64,000 nucleotides of DNA from Pseudohongiellaceae bacterium (GCA_965662685.1 CBFIIQ010000010.1:10148-74147); one strand, 5' to 3'; positions 48,519 through 59,111 are shown, counted from the stretch's first letter. The notes: a model not told the origin generated them from the sequence alone. Translations and numbers: made by a program.

Positions 48519-50582
48519 TTACTCGTTCGCCAGTGCTACAACCGGATCAAGTTGTGCCGCTTTTCGGGCCGGGGCAAAACCAAAAATCAAACCCGTCGCG
48601 GTAGCACAGCAAAACGCAAGTATCATTGGCATGGCTGTAAACTTGATCGACACTTCAAAGAAAATAAGAATATAACCAACGCTGACACCGGTGATCACAC
48701 CAATGACGCCACCCACACCAGATACAACAATTGCTTCAGAAAGAAACTGGGACATGATGTCCATTTGCCTTGCACCAGTAGCCATACGAATACCAATTTC
48801 GCGCGTCCTTTCAGTGACCGATACCAGCATGATGTTCATGACGCCTATGCCGCCAACAAGCAGTGAAATGGCAGCTACAGAACCAAGCAATATGGTAAAT
48901 GTGTCCTGGGATGCGGTAATGGTCTCAAGTAATTGTGCCGCATTAAAAATGCGGAAGTCTTCACTGCCATGACGCGCAACCATATATTGAATGAGGTTTT
49001 GCTCTGTCGCTTCAATTTCGTCTACATCATCGACATACACGGAAATACTCCGCGCATTACTTTCGCCCATCAAACGCAGTGCCCCTGTTTTAAAAGGCAC
49101 AAACACCACATCATCCTGATCATTGCCGTTGGATGAGGCACCCTTGGTAGTCATTACACCGATCACCAGAAAAGGGATATTCTTGATCAGAATATATTCG
49201 CCCAGCGGTTCTACCCCAGCGGGAAAAAGCTCGTTAGTCACGGTGGCACCGAGCACGGCTACAGGGGTATAACGGTCACTGTCTTCGCGGGTAAAAAATA
49301 TTCCCCTGGCTAAAGGCCAGGCACTCAGGTCAGGCATATTCTCGGTGGTTGCCGTCACCTGGGTCGAATAATCCAGGCGCTGATATCTGACAGTATAATT
49401 ACTTTGTAATTCGGGCATTGCGCCCAGAATATTCGGTAATTCCTGACCCACTGCATCGGCATCTTCAAGTGTAAGTGTTGATGGCAGACTACGCCGCTGA
49501 CCTGGCACACGCGCCGGTTGTAAGGTAAGCCTGTTGGTACCAATAGAAGAAATGCGGTCAACGATATCCTGACGCGCGCCTTCGCCGATAGCCAACATGG
49601 CTACGACAGAAGCGACACCGATAACTATTCCCAACAGGGTCAGAATGGTTCTGAAAATATTCGCTTTCAGGGAACGCATTGCCATACGAATCGACTCACC
49701 GATACCGGCCATTGGCGAGGCAACCTTTCGGCTGAGAAACAAATCCCGCAGGGTTTTATTCTGTATGGGGTCAATGACGCCTTCAGCATGTCCGGTATCA
49801 TTAATTATTTCTCCATCACGAAACTCAATGACTCTGTCTGCATGAGAGGCAACTTCATTGTCATGGGTGATGAGGATGACGGTATGTCCATCACGGGCCA
49901 GACTTTCCAGCAGAGCCATGACTTCAATACCACTCTGGGTATCCAGAGCGCCGGTAGGCTCATCCGCCAAAATAACCTTGCCACCATTCATCATGGCACG
50001 GGCTATGGATACTCGCTGCTGTTGTCCACCAGAAAGTTGGGTGGGCCGGTGATCAAGACGATCACCCAGGCCAAGGGAAGTTAGCAAGGCTTCCCCGCGC
50101 ATGCGCCTCTCATTGTGATTCAGGCCGGCATAAATTGCCGGCACCTCTACATTCTCTTCTGCAGTGGAACTATTAAGCAGGTTATAACTCTGAAAAACAA
50201 AGCCAAATGCCTCGCGGCGCAGCCAGGCCAGGCCGTCAGCATCAAAGCTTTTGATATCACGTCCGGCAAATAAATAAGTGCCTTTGGTAGGACGGTCCAG
50301 GCAGCCAAGCAGGTTCATCAGCGTAGATTTTCCGGAACCGGACTGCCCCACGATGGCGAGAAATTCACCCGGGTAAATTTTTAAGTCAATACCACGCAGG
50401 GCATGGACTTCGACGCCACCGTCAGTGGCAAAAATGCGATGGATTTTTTTCAGCTCAATCAGCGCTATGGCAACTTCACCACTCATATCAGGTGTATTCT
50501 TTTCGCTGACGGGGCGCGCTGATTCCTTGCTCAAATTACCAGCTGCAAAAGGGGTATCAGGATGGAGAGCGCCTGTGCTCAA
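48519..50582 (-). CDS. macB: MacB-type ABC transporter, fused ATPase/permease
   Basis: Walker A GQSGSGKST, LSGGQQQR signature, MacB periplasmic domain and FtsX C-terminal domain. The TTG start overlaps the macA stop (TTGA). An alternative ATG is at 50486. Confidence 0.9.
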   Translation of the reverse strand: MSTGALHPDTPFAAGNLSKESARPVSEKNTPDMSGEVAIALIELKKIHRIFATDGGVEVHALRGIDLKIYPGEFLAIVGQSGSGKSTLMNLLGCLDRPTKGTYLFAGRDIKSFDADGLAWLRREAFGFVFQSYNLLNSSTAEENVEVPAIYAGLNHNERRMRGEALLTSLGLGDRLDHRPTQLSGGQQQRVSIARAMMNGGKVILADEPTGALDTQSGIEVMALLESLARDGHTVILITHDNEVASHADRVIEFRDGEIINDTGHAEGVIDPIQNKTLRDLFLSRKVASPMAGIGESIRMAMRSLKANIFRTILTLLGIVIGVASVVAMLAIGEGARQDIVDRISSIGTNRLTLQPARVPGQRRSLPSTLTLEDADAVGQELPNILGAMPELQSNYTVRYQRLDYSTQVTATTENMPDLSAWPLARGIFFTREDSDRYTPVAVLGATVTNELFPAGVEPLGEYILIKNIPFLVIGVMTTKGASSNGNDQDDVVFVPFKTGALRLMGESNARSISVYVDDVDEIEATEQNLIQYMVARHGSEDFRIFNAAQLLETITASQDTFTILLGSVAAISLLVGGIGVMNIMLVSVTERTREIGIRMATGARQMDIMSQFLSEAIVVSGVGGVIGVITGVSVGYILIFFEVSIKFTAMPMILAFCCATATGLIFGFAPARKAAQLDPVVALANE

Positions 50583-51934
50583 CGGAAGCCACCCATGGCA
50601 CGGAACATTTCACGGCGATCCGTCTGGCCAGCCTGTCCAGGTGCCCCCGGGATATTTTGCAGAATCCCGGCTACCACTTCATCACCAACTTCAAGGCCGG
50701 AAATCACTTCAGCGGATATTCTACTGGTGACACCCACCATAATTTCCCGCTCTTCAAAGCCACCGCTGCTGTTAACTACCTGAACGGTTGCCAGTCGTCT
50801 TGCCGGCGCCGCTTGGGTATTTCCCCGCCCTGCTCCCTGCCCCGGCCTGGCGGCAGGATTACCACCTCCGGCTGCGGCAAAGGCACCAGGTCGTCTTGTG
50901 CCTGCAGCAGCCCCTGTAGCTCCGGCACCTGGTTGGTCAATGAAGGTTAACGCACCAATGGGAACTGTAGGTACATTTTCAGCAGATGAGGTAACGAAAT
51001 ATACTTGGGCCGTCATATCAGAAAGTAAAGAACCATCACTGTTATCAATATCAAACAGACCGGTATAGAGCACCACATTATTTTCAACTATCGGGGTAGG
51101 CAGTATCTGGCGCACAGTGGAATACCAACGCCTGTTTCCTCCACCCAGCGTCGTGAAATAGACCGGCATACCCTTCCTGATACTGCTGATATCCGCTTCC
51201 GATATTTCAGTTTCGACGGTCATGGTGCTCAAATCAGCAATTCTCAGAATGGTTGGCGCTTGCTGGTTGGCATTTATGGTGCGGCCTTCATTCATATCCA
51301 GCGATACCACTGTGCCGGCTGAAGGCGCATAGATTCTGGAGAATTCGAGCTGGGTCTCATCACTTTCCAGGCTCGCTTTACTCTGGATAATCTGTTTTTC
51401 CAGCTGGATCAGGCCAGCTTCTGCAGACGCCAGATTATTAATAGCATTGTCATAATCCAGCTCACTGGTAGCATCGGCCTCCCGTAATCGTTCCTGACGC
51501 CGCGCATTGGCTCGAGCCAGTGCAAGGGATGCGTTACGCGCGGCAATTTGTGCTTCCAGAGCTTCAATACTGGCGCGACTGGCTTCCACTCTGGCTAACT
51601 GGATTCGGGCATCTATTTCGGCCAACAACTGGCCTTCTTCGACGACGTCGCCAATATCTACATGCAATGTCTCGAGAATGCCATTCACCTGGGCACCGAC
51701 ATCAACAAAGTCAAAGGGTTGCAGACTGCCAGCAGCAGTAATGGTATTTTCAATATTACCTGTTTGCACCGTCGCTATTAGTGGCTGATTGGTGGTTTCC
51801 TGCTGTCCTCTGGATTGCCAGTAATACCAGACGCCAGCACCACACAGCACCAGAGCAATAGCAAAAACCCAGAGCTTTTTGCCAGGACGTCCTGTCTTTA
51901 CTGGAGTATCAGACTCTACTTCACTTGTATTCAT
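50579..51934 (-). CDS. macA: efflux periplasmic adaptor (MacA/HlyD family)
   Basis: TM anchor, coiled-coil hairpin and barrel-sandwich motifs. The C-terminus has a Gly/Ala-rich insert. Confidence 0.9.
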   Translation of the reverse strand: MNTSEVESDTPVKTGRPGKKLWVFAIALVLCGAGVWYYWQSRGQQETTNQPLIATVQTGNIENTITAAGSLQPFDFVDVGAQVNGILETLHVDIGDVVEEGQLLAEIDARIQLARVEASRASIEALEAQIAARNASLALARANARRQERLREADATSELDYDNAINNLASAEAGLIQLEKQIIQSKASLESDETQLEFSRIYAPSAGTVVSLDMNEGRTINANQQAPTILRIADLSTMTVETEISEADISSIRKGMPVYFTTLGGGNRRWYSTVRQILPTPIVENNVVLYTGLFDIDNSDGSLLSDMTAQVYFVTSSAENVPTVPIGALTFIDQPGAGATGAAAGTRRPGAFAAAGGGNPAARPGQGAGRGNTQAAPARRLATVQVVNSSGGFEEREIMVGVTSRISAEVISGLEVGDEVVAGILQNIPGAPGQAGQTDRREMFRAMGGFR

Positions 51935-52207
51935 TCTTTTGTTCAGCCGATTTACAGTGTTAATACATACCGTTATCGAGCTCTAAACGCTGTAACAGTA
52001 TTGTTGGTTTACCTGATTTTGTTCTATTCACATTGTTTTCACAAAGAACAATGCATGGTCCGACGAGTGTATCTTTAAATGACCCGGGAAATGAGAATTA
52101 ATAAAGGATTTAGTGGAGCAATTTCAGCGAGTTAGGAGCACTTCACAAGAAACTTACAAGGGTAATGTGAGACTTCAATTACCCGGACTAATGGCAATGG
52201 ATCTGAC

Positions 52208-52492
52208 TCAGGTCTCGGAGGTCGACTCTTTGCTTTCCAGAGGAATAAACAGACATACCCCCATGAACACTGCTGTCATTACCAGAACTGTCACCATGCC
52301 ACCAGGGGAAAATCCTGAGGCAACAAGGGCGCGCACAGCCATGGCAAAAAAGATGATAGAAACTACACTGGTATAAATCAGATTCATTCTCAGTTCAACG
52401 CCGCAATTCTGGCAAACATGAGGCCGTTTCATCAGCTTGGTCATAGCATCCATGGCTTCTTGCTGACACACTGGACATTGGTTGCTGCTCAT
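52208..52492 (-). CDS. small zinc-ribbon membrane protein (CPVC..CQNC + 2 TM)
   Basis: Strong GGGAGGA Shine-Dalgarno 8 nt before the ATG at 52492. Two CxxC pairs are followed by two hydrophobic helices. Confidence 0.5.
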   Translation of the reverse strand: MSSNQCPVCQQEAMDAMTKLMKRPHVCQNCGVELRMNLIYTSVVSIIFFAMAVRALVASGFSPGGMVTVLVMTAVFMGVCLFIPLESKESTSET

Positions 52493-52604
52493 TTCTTCTA
52501 TCCTCCCGGATACATCAATAAATTTGACCACTCTCGGGTGTGGCATAATCTAGAACATAATTTAGCTATTATTACTAACTTTATGTTTTTATTATAGTAT
52601 TTTT

Positions 52605-53639
52605 TTAATTATTTTGACTATTAGTGATTTTGACCAATGTAGCCAGAACCGATTTGGCTTTTCCAGAATCAATGGCGGCCGCTGCCAGAGCAACGCCTTC
52701 ACGGATATCCTGAGCTTTTCCGGCAATACGCAAAGCGGCGGCAGTGCCGAACAGGACAACATCGCGGTAGGCATCGAGTTGCCCATGGAGCAAGGCATTC
52801 AGGCGTTCAGCGTTATAAACGGCGTCGCCCCCTTTCAAATCCTCCAGGCTGGCAACAGGAAGCCCGGCCTCTTCCGGTGACAGGCTAAATTCGCTGACCA
52901 TACCTTCACTCACTTCACAGATAAAGTTATTACCTGTGGTACTCAATTCATCAAGATGATCAGCACCATGGACGACCCAGGCTTTTTCACAACCAAGTCT
53001 GGCCAATACCTCTGCCATTGGCCTCACCCATTCCTGAGCAAAGACACCAATTAAGTAATTTTTAACACCGGCCGGATTACACAGGGGGCCAAGAATATTG
53101 AATATCGTGCGCACGCCCATCTCGACCCGCACCGGTCCGACATATTTGAACGATTCATGGTGACGAGGAGCCATCATAAAACCAATGCCCGCTTCTGCAA
53201 TTGACTGCTCTATGCGAGCAATATCTGCTTCCAGATTAACCCCCAGCGAGGTCAATACATCGGCGGCCCCGGACTTGGATGACAGGGCACGATTGCCATG
53301 CTTTGCCACGGGAACCCCGCAAGCGGCAGTGACAATGGCTGTTGCCGTGGAAATATTCAGCGTGCCGGAACCATCACCACCGGTTCCGACTATATCAATG
53401 GCATCCGCAGGGGCCGTTACTGACAAAGCCTTGGACCGAATAACATCTACAGCGGCACTGATTTCATCAACATTTTCACCGCGCATCCGCAATGCCATCA
53501 GAAAACCGGCGATCTGTGCTGGCGTGGCGCGGCCGGACATAATGATCTCAAAAGCTTGCCGTGCGTCCTCGAAAGACAATACCTGGGCGTCAGCTACTTT
53601 TCCCAAATAGGGTTTGAGTTCTGTCAGTGCTTCGGTCAT
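52605..53639 (-). CDS. trpD: anthranilate phosphoribosyltransferase
   Basis: GTGGDGSGTLNIST and KHGNRALSSKSGAADVL motifs. Confidence 0.9.
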   Translation of the reverse strand: MTEALTELKPYLGKVADAQVLSFEDARQAFEIIMSGRATPAQIAGFLMALRMRGENVDEISAAVDVIRSKALSVTAPADAIDIVGTGGDGSGTLNISTATAIVTAACGVPVAKHGNRALSSKSGAADVLTSLGVNLEADIARIEQSIAEAGIGFMMAPRHHESFKYVGPVRVEMGVRTIFNILGPLCNPAGVKNYLIGVFAQEWVRPMAEVLARLGCEKAWVVHGADHLDELSTTGNNFICEVSEGMVSEFSLSPEEAGLPVASLEDLKGGDAVYNAERLNALLHGQLDAYRDVVLFGTAAALRIAGKAQDIREGVALAAAAIDSGKAKSVLATLVKITNSQNN

Positions 53640-53680
53640 TACATCCGTCCTGCCGTTTGTCTTATCAACTATGCAATCGA

Positions 53681-54553
53681 TTACTTCATGCTTATGGCGT
53701 TAAGTGTGTTCTGCATCAGGGAAGCGATAGTCATTGGGCCTACACCGCCTGGTACCGGGGTAATGAAGCTGCATTTGTCCTTGACGCCGTCAAAGTCGAC
53801 ATCTCCAGTCAGGCGCCAGCCACGCTCGCGGCTGTCATCAGGCACGCGGGTAGTTCCCACATCAATAACTACTGCACCTTCCTTGACCATGTCGGCAGTC
53901 ACGAATTCCGGCTTGCCGATGGCGACGATAAGAATATCGGCGCTGGCACAGATTTCTTTCATATTGCCGGTACGACTATGCACCATCGTAACAGTGCAGT
54001 TGCCAGGATTGGCATTACGCGACATCAGGATGGACATTGGTGTACCAACAATATTACTGCGACCTACCACTACACAATGTTTACCGCTGGTTTCGATATT
54101 ATTGCGCTTGAGTAATTCCACAATGCCATTGGGCGTAGCAGAAATATGGGTAGGCAGTCCTAGCATCATACGGCCAAGGTTTTCCGGATGAAAACCGTCC
54201 ACATCCTTGCGCGGATGGATAGTCTGGGTCACTTTATCTTCATCAATATGATCAGGTAACGGTACCTGTACAATGAATCCATCGATTGCATCGTCGTGGT
54301 TGAGTTTCTCAACCAGTTTCAATAATTCTTCTTCGCTGGTTTCTTCAGCCAGTTCAATAAGGGTAGAGTCAAAGCCAACGCGTTCGCAGGCCAGTACCTT
54401 ATTGTTAACATAGGTTTTGCTGCCACCGTCATTGCCGACGAGAACCGCGGCGAGATGGGGAATCTTGCCGCCTGCTGCCTTGATTTCATCAACTTTTGCA
54501 GCGATATCCTGTTTTAGTGCTTCGGCAGTAGCCTTGCCATCCAGTAATTCCAT
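53681..54553 (-). CDS. folD: bifunctional methylene-THF dehydrogenase/methenyl-THF cyclohydrolase
   Basis: MELLDGKA N-terminus with GAGG Shine-Dalgarno. [13 protein letters not shown] motif. Confidence 0.95.
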   Translation of the reverse strand: MELLDGKATAEALKQDIAAKVDEIKAAGGKIPHLAAVLVGNDGGSKTYVNNKVLACERVGFDSTLIELAEETSEEELLKLVEKLNHDDAIDGFIVQVPLPDHIDEDKVTQTIHPRKDVDGFHPENLGRMMLGLPTHISATPNGIVELLKRNNIETSGKHCVVVGRSNIVGTPMSILMSRNANPGNCTVTMVHSRTGNMKEICASADILIVAIGKPEFVTADMVKEGAVVIDVGTTRVPDDSRERGWRLTGDVDFDGVKDKCSFITPVPGGVGPMTIASLMQNTLNAISMK

Positions 54554-54653
54554 AATGACCTCATTTGCGCTCAGTAAAAAAGCGGCCATTTTACAGAATA
54601 AGGGGAGAGAAGTGGAGCTGTAATAGAGTTTTCAGCGTTAGTACATCAACATC

Positions 54654-56834
54654 TCAGAGACGCGCGATGGCATCCAGAATGATTCCTTCTGTGAGCAACT
54701 GCGGCAACACCTGTGCAGGTTTCGACGGATCGGACGGATACATCAGGTAAAGCGGAACCCCACTGGTCTGAAAGCGCTTCAATACTTCGGTGATAACCGG
54801 GTCGTTATTGGTCCAGTCTCCCTTCAGATAGCTTACGTTATTGTCTGCCATAGACTGGACAACCGTATCGCTAGTCAGCGCCACCCTTTCATTCACCAGA
54901 CAGGTAATACACCAGGAAGCTGTCATATTGACGAAAACAGGGGTACCGCTTTCACGTAATTCGGCCAGACGCGCATCACTGTATACCTCAAAATTCTCCC
55001 CATCCGTCCGGCCTGCCGCTTGTCCTGCCAGGCTGGACTGCTGTGTCTTCAGCATGGGCGATCCCAGCAGGGAGAAAACACCCACCATACAAAGCACAGC
55101 AACGCCTATTTCAAAATAGCGCCAGTAGGAAGTCGTTTGGCGCTGATATAACCAGGCCGCTACAGCGATAAAAACACAGCTCAGCGCTACCAGCGCCATC
55201 GCATCAACACCGGTTTGGCGCCCCAGCACCCATAATAGCCAGACCGCTGTGCCATATAGAGGAAAGGCAAGAAACTGTCTAAAAGTCAGCATCCAGCTGC
55301 CAGGCCGGGGCAGCATTTTTGCCAAAGCGGGAATAAATGAAAACAATAAAAATGGCAAGGCCATGCCAAAGCCAAGGGCGACAAAAACTGTGAGGGCGAC
55401 AATCATTGGCTGGGTAAAGGCAAATCCCAGGGCTGCGCCCATAAACGGCGCCGTGCATGGACTGGCCACAAGACTGGCCAGCACACCGGTAAAGAAAGAG
55501 CCAGTATAGCCTTCCTTATCAGATAGCTCGGAGCCCAATCCCATGATGCCTGTCCCCAGTTCTATAACACCGGACATCGAAAGCCCCATCAGGAAAAACA
55601 GGTAAACCAGTGCAGCGACGAACCAGGGAGATTGTAACTGGAAACCCCAGCCGATAAGAGCACCGCCGGCCTGCAGGCTTAACAGAATGATGGCAAGGGT
55701 GAGGAAGGACAAGATTACACCGGCCGCATAAGCCACGCCATGGAGTCGCTGTTCACGCACCGGTGCATTGGCATTGCTGGCAAGGCTCATTGCCTTGAGA
55801 GAAAGTACCGGGAATACACAAGGCATCAAATTAAGAACCAGTCCGCCAACCATGGCAAACAGGAAAACCGTCAGCAATCCCATGTCTGCAGTACTATTAA
55901 CAGTACCTGTGGGGACCAGAGCATCAAGGTTTGCCAGCGTCACTCCATCCGGTGTGCCGTCAAATTCATAGGCTGTTATCAATCCTCCCTGGTCTTCAAC
56001 CAACAACAATCCACCGAGTCTTGCCGGAGGTTCGCGCAAGGCACGGGCGTGAGCTTTTTGTGACAATTGCATGCTGGACATCTGAGAAGTAATGTCCTGC
56101 TCAGCAATGTAATCAACCATGCGATGGGTGTCAGGAATAAAGGTAATGCTGCGGGCATCGTCAAAAACAGGGTCCGTAGCCTGAATCAGCAGATTGAGAT
56201 TTCCATCAGAAAAAGAATAGGTAGCATCAAGCGCAATATCATCTCTAGGCAGGCTTTCACGAGTTCGGGCAAAGCCATCGGCCCAGCGTGAATCCGTAGC
56301 TGCGAGCCCGACGTTGGAGACAGGGATAGAGAGATTAACAGTAGCGCCTCCGGGAATGCATATCTCTTCACATTCCAGCCATACCGCCTCTGCGCCTATA
56401 GAAAGAGAACTGGCAGAGAAGTCATCCGCAATGCTTAATTCTGTCAGCAGGAAAATTTCATCTGTATAGCCAAAATCCACCAAATCAGCGGGCAATTCAA
56501 AACGTTCGGGTAACGGCCAGACGATTTCTCCAGCGCTAACACCTTCTGGTAGCTGCCAGTTGATTAAGGTTGGCTTGCCTGCATCACCCGGGTTTTTCCA
56601 GTAAGTGTGCCACTTTTCCATATGTACCAGTCTCAGTGCGACCCACAGCGACTCCCCTGGAATCGCAGCCTCATTTTCAGCAACCAGTTGTGCATCGACA
56701 TGCTGGCCCTGAACAAGAGACGAAATGCCCTGTGAAAAAACCTGACCAGACATTGCGATGAAAAACACGGCAATGAGGTGACGAATGACTTTTTTGCCTG
56801 AGAATATTACGTTTGAAGACATTTTAATTTTCAT
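54654..56834 (-). CDS. DsbD-family protein-disulfide reductase (N-terminal DsbD-alpha-like, central CcdA-like TM, C-terminal thioredoxin)
   Basis: CVFPVLSLK and C-terminal TM Cys motifs, with thioredoxin WCITC. The start overlaps the stop of the upstream hydrolase. Confidence 0.85.
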   Translation of the reverse strand: MKIKMSSNVIFSGKKVIRHLIAVFFIAMSGQVFSQGISSLVQGQHVDAQLVAENEAAIPGESLWVALRLVHMEKWHTYWKNPGDAGKPTLINWQLPEGVSAGEIVWPLPERFELPADLVDFGYTDEIFLLTELSIADDFSASSLSIGAEAVWLECEEICIPGGATVNLSIPVSNVGLAATDSRWADGFARTRESLPRDDIALDATYSFSDGNLNLLIQATDPVFDDARSITFIPDTHRMVDYIAEQDITSQMSSMQLSQKAHARALREPPARLGGLLLVEDQGGLITAYEFDGTPDGVTLANLDALVPTGTVNSTADMGLLTVFLFAMVGGLVLNLMPCVFPVLSLKAMSLASNANAPVREQRLHGVAYAAGVILSFLTLAIILLSLQAGGALIGWGFQLQSPWFVAALVYLFFLMGLSMSGVIELGTGIMGLGSELSDKEGYTGSFFTGVLASLVASPCTAPFMGAALGFAFTQPMIVALTVFVALGFGMALPFLLFSFIPALAKMLPRPGSWMLTFRQFLAFPLYGTAVWLLWVLGRQTGVDAMALVALSCVFIAVAAWLYQRQTTSYWRYFEIGVAVLCMVGVFSLLGSPMLKTQQSSLAGQAAGRTDGENFEVYSDARLAELRESGTPVFVNMTASWCITCLVNERVALTSDTVVQSMADNNVSYLKGDWTNNDPVITEVLKRFQTSGVPLYLMYPSDPSKPAQVLPQLLTEGIILDAIARL

Positions 56835-57534
56835 TTCCTGTAAACCACTGAAGCAGAATTTGACTTACCTGTTCTGGCTTTTCCATGGTAACCATGTGAC
56901 CTGCATCACTTATTATCTCCAGACGAGAGCGCTTTAATTGCCCAGCCATCTGCTGATGTTGCTGCGGTGGACTCCACGAATCCTCATCACCAGCAATGAG
57001 TAGCACTTCCTGTTCGATCCGAGGCAGGATTGCAGTCTGATCTTTTCGTCCCAGCAATGCTTTTACCTGCCCAAAAAAATCATCGACACTATTGCGAAGA
57101 ATCATTGCATGAATCTCCCCAATCAGTTTTTTATCCTGATGCCTTGCCGGGTGCACCATTGGCAAGGTCCAGGCATCCGCCACCGCCTGCAAACCATGCT
57201 CGGTAGCTTTGTCCAACAGAATCTGACGTTTTTGAGGTTCATCAGCCTTTACCGCATGCACTCCGGAATCCAGGACCGCAAATTTATCAATTCTCTTTCC
57301 TGCCATCTCCATTAATTCCCAGGCTACCCTTCCGCCCATGGAATGGCCGGCCACCGAGAAACGCTCCGGTGCCTGCTCAAGCACATAGGCCGCCATATCA
57401 GTTAACGAATCAAATCCACGAAATACCGGGATGATTACATTGGCACAGGGTGACAAGGCTTTTTGTTGATCTACCCAGACAGCTTCATCACACATTAAAC
57501 CGGGTAATAGAAATACAACGGGTTTGTCAGTCAT
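56824..57534 (-). CDS. alpha/beta hydrolase
   Basis: GHSMGG nucleophile elbow, with Asp and His in C-terminal contexts (GDEDS, AGHM). Confidence 0.8.
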   Translation of the reverse strand: MTDKPVVFLLPGLMCDEAVWVDQQKALSPCANVIIPVFRGFDSLTDMAAYVLEQAPERFSVAGHSMGGRVAWELMEMAGKRIDKFAVLDSGVHAVKADEPQKRQILLDKATEHGLQAVADAWTLPMVHPARHQDKKLIGEIHAMILRNSVDDFFGQVKALLGRKDQTAILPRIEQEVLLIAGDEDSWSPPQQHQQMAGQLKRSRLEIISDAGHMVTMEKPEQVSQILLQWFTGNEN

Positions 57535-57574
57535 AAAATAATTCGCAGCAAGGGAAAGTCAGTATCAATTACTT

Positions 57575-58900
57575 TCAGGGTTGGAAGATTTCTGGTTTGG
57601 TATCACGAAGAATAGCCGTTATTGCTTCCCGATCTCTTTCGGACAATGCGCCAAAGACCTCGTCACCTGCTTCACCAGCAAGCACCAGCCGGATTTTTTT
57701 GTATAGAAAAGATTTTACCTTCTCAGGCAAGGCTGCAATGGCATCTGAATAAATCAGGTAACTGAGCGGATATTTGAATGTACGGTTTCTTAAGTCAAGT
57801 TCGCGCAGCGAGCGTCCTTCGCTATCCTTTGGCCCCAGTGACTGAAAATAGTCGGTAAATCCCGAGGACCCTGTAACAACATCGGTTAATGGCACTTCAT
57901 GCAGCATAAAAAGGGATTCAACCAGCGGGTTCACAAACTCTTCAAGCTCAGTGTCACTAATCTCGCCATGTTGATAAATCCTGGTGCGACTTTCAAAATT
58001 CAGGCGCGACAGTTTGTTCTGCACTTCAATCTGGTGTTCCAATACAAGCAGCGCCACTATATCGCTACCACTACTTATATATGGTGATGTATCGAGAAAT
58101 TCTGACAAATCAGCTTTATTGCCATTAACACTTAAATCCAGGTTTCTGAGCTTGGCAAGATCATCAATCACGAAATTACCCATAATATCCTGGCCACCGT
58201 GGCTGCCACTGACATAAAAACCGCCCCAACGTCGGTTTAATGGCGTACTTGTATCAGTGATGATGCTTACTTCATGAGTGACAATTTCACCCTTCTCATT
58301 CGCCAGCACCGAACTCAATAAAAAGCGCGGTACGCCACCGCCGGTCATGGAGTAGGAATCATGACAGCGCAGGCAGCGGTTCATTTCTCTTTCCACAACA
58401 GGGTCTTGTGGATCCTGGGAAAACACCATGAATACCGGCCCCAGGTTTGGGTCCATGCTGGAAATCTCAAGGGATCGGCTGTTTTGAATGAAGGCGATGT
58501 AAGTATCGTCATTAAAGTAGATCGCACGTGGTGTGGCTGCTGTAACAAAGCGGGTTTTCAGAGCTGTTTTAGAGAACACCAGAGCCTGGGACGAAGGGTC
58601 AATATCCAGCGCCTCCAGGAGTGAATCCAGGTAGCCTCTACCCTCGGCATCATAGACCAGGTCTAGTTTGCCACTTTCAATATCAGCCATTAGCCGCGTC
58701 ACCCTGTCCGTGAGAGGCGCGCTGGCATAATTCACTCCCGGATACGCCTCAGCATAGGAAAAACCCTGAGCCAGTAACGACTCTGGCAGCAACGACATAA
58801 CAACAGCCCACAGCAACAAAGGCCGGGCAAATTTGCTGACCTGTGAGGATATTTTATTTGCGACCAGTGCTGACCAGCAATTTAATAAATACTTATTCAT
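57575..58900 (-). CDS. secreted hypothetical protein with a single CXXCH motif
   Basis: Signal-like N-terminus ending LLAQG and the motif NRCLRCHDSYSM. No family recognised. The start is uncertain; the ORF opens at GTG 58948, with ATGs at 58930 and 58900. Confidence 0.55.
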   Translation of the reverse strand: MNKYLLNCWSALVANKISSQVSKFARPLLLWAVVMSLLPESLLAQGFSYAEAYPGVNYASAPLTDRVTRLMADIESGKLDLVYDAEGRGYLDSLLEALDIDPSSQALVFSKTALKTRFVTAATPRAIYFNDDTYIAFIQNSRSLEISSMDPNLGPVFMVFSQDPQDPVVEREMNRCLRCHDSYSMTGGGVPRFLLSSVLANEKGEIVTHEVSIITDTSTPLNRRWGGFYVSGSHGGQDIMGNFVIDDLAKLRNLDLSVNGNKADLSEFLDTSPYISSGSDIVALLVLEHQIEVQNKLSRLNFESRTRIYQHGEISDTELEEFVNPLVESLFMLHEVPLTDVVTGSSGFTDYFQSLGPKDSEGRSLRELDLRNRTFKYPLSYLIYSDAIAALPEKVKSFLYKKIRLVLAGEAGDEVFGALSERDREAITAILRDTKPEIFQP

Positions 58901-59111
58901 GTGGCTATTATAGGGTGTTCGGCAAAACATTTGGACTTTACTGGCCACCTTTATGGTTTGAGCATTAAAAAATAATCCGCTTGCAAGGCCTTTGGATAGT
59001 TAATTTTCCCAGCTAAAGGTGCTAAAATCGCCGGCCTTTGACACCAAGCAAGTCAGCAATACGCTGTATTTTCTCGTTTTTTCAGAAAAAGTAACTAAGG
59101 AACAATCCCCC

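Noticed and set aside
48519-50582. An N-terminal ~32-aa extension of MacB with a TTG start overlapping the macA stop.
   Set aside because: This is probably just start-codon ambiguity, with an ATG at 50486 as the alternative. There is no independent evidence for a functional extension.
52605-53639. An isolated trpD, away from other trp genes, might be a TrpD2/YbiB-type paralogue.
   Set aside because: It retains the canonical TrpD motifs (GTGGDG, NIST, KHGNR..SS.SG.ADVLE) and N-terminal helices. Split trp genes are common in gammaproteobacteria.
58949-59111. A ZTP (pfl) or THF riboswitch upstream of fhs, and likewise upstream of folD (54554-54653).
   Set aside because: These gene classes often carry such leaders, so I looked for the conserved ZTP elements (GACUGGCG ... 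CCGCCUGGGC) and THF-like cores. Only weak fragments are present (actggcc, cgccggcc), with no supporting pseudoknot or helix arrangement. An Rfam/Infernal scan would settle it.
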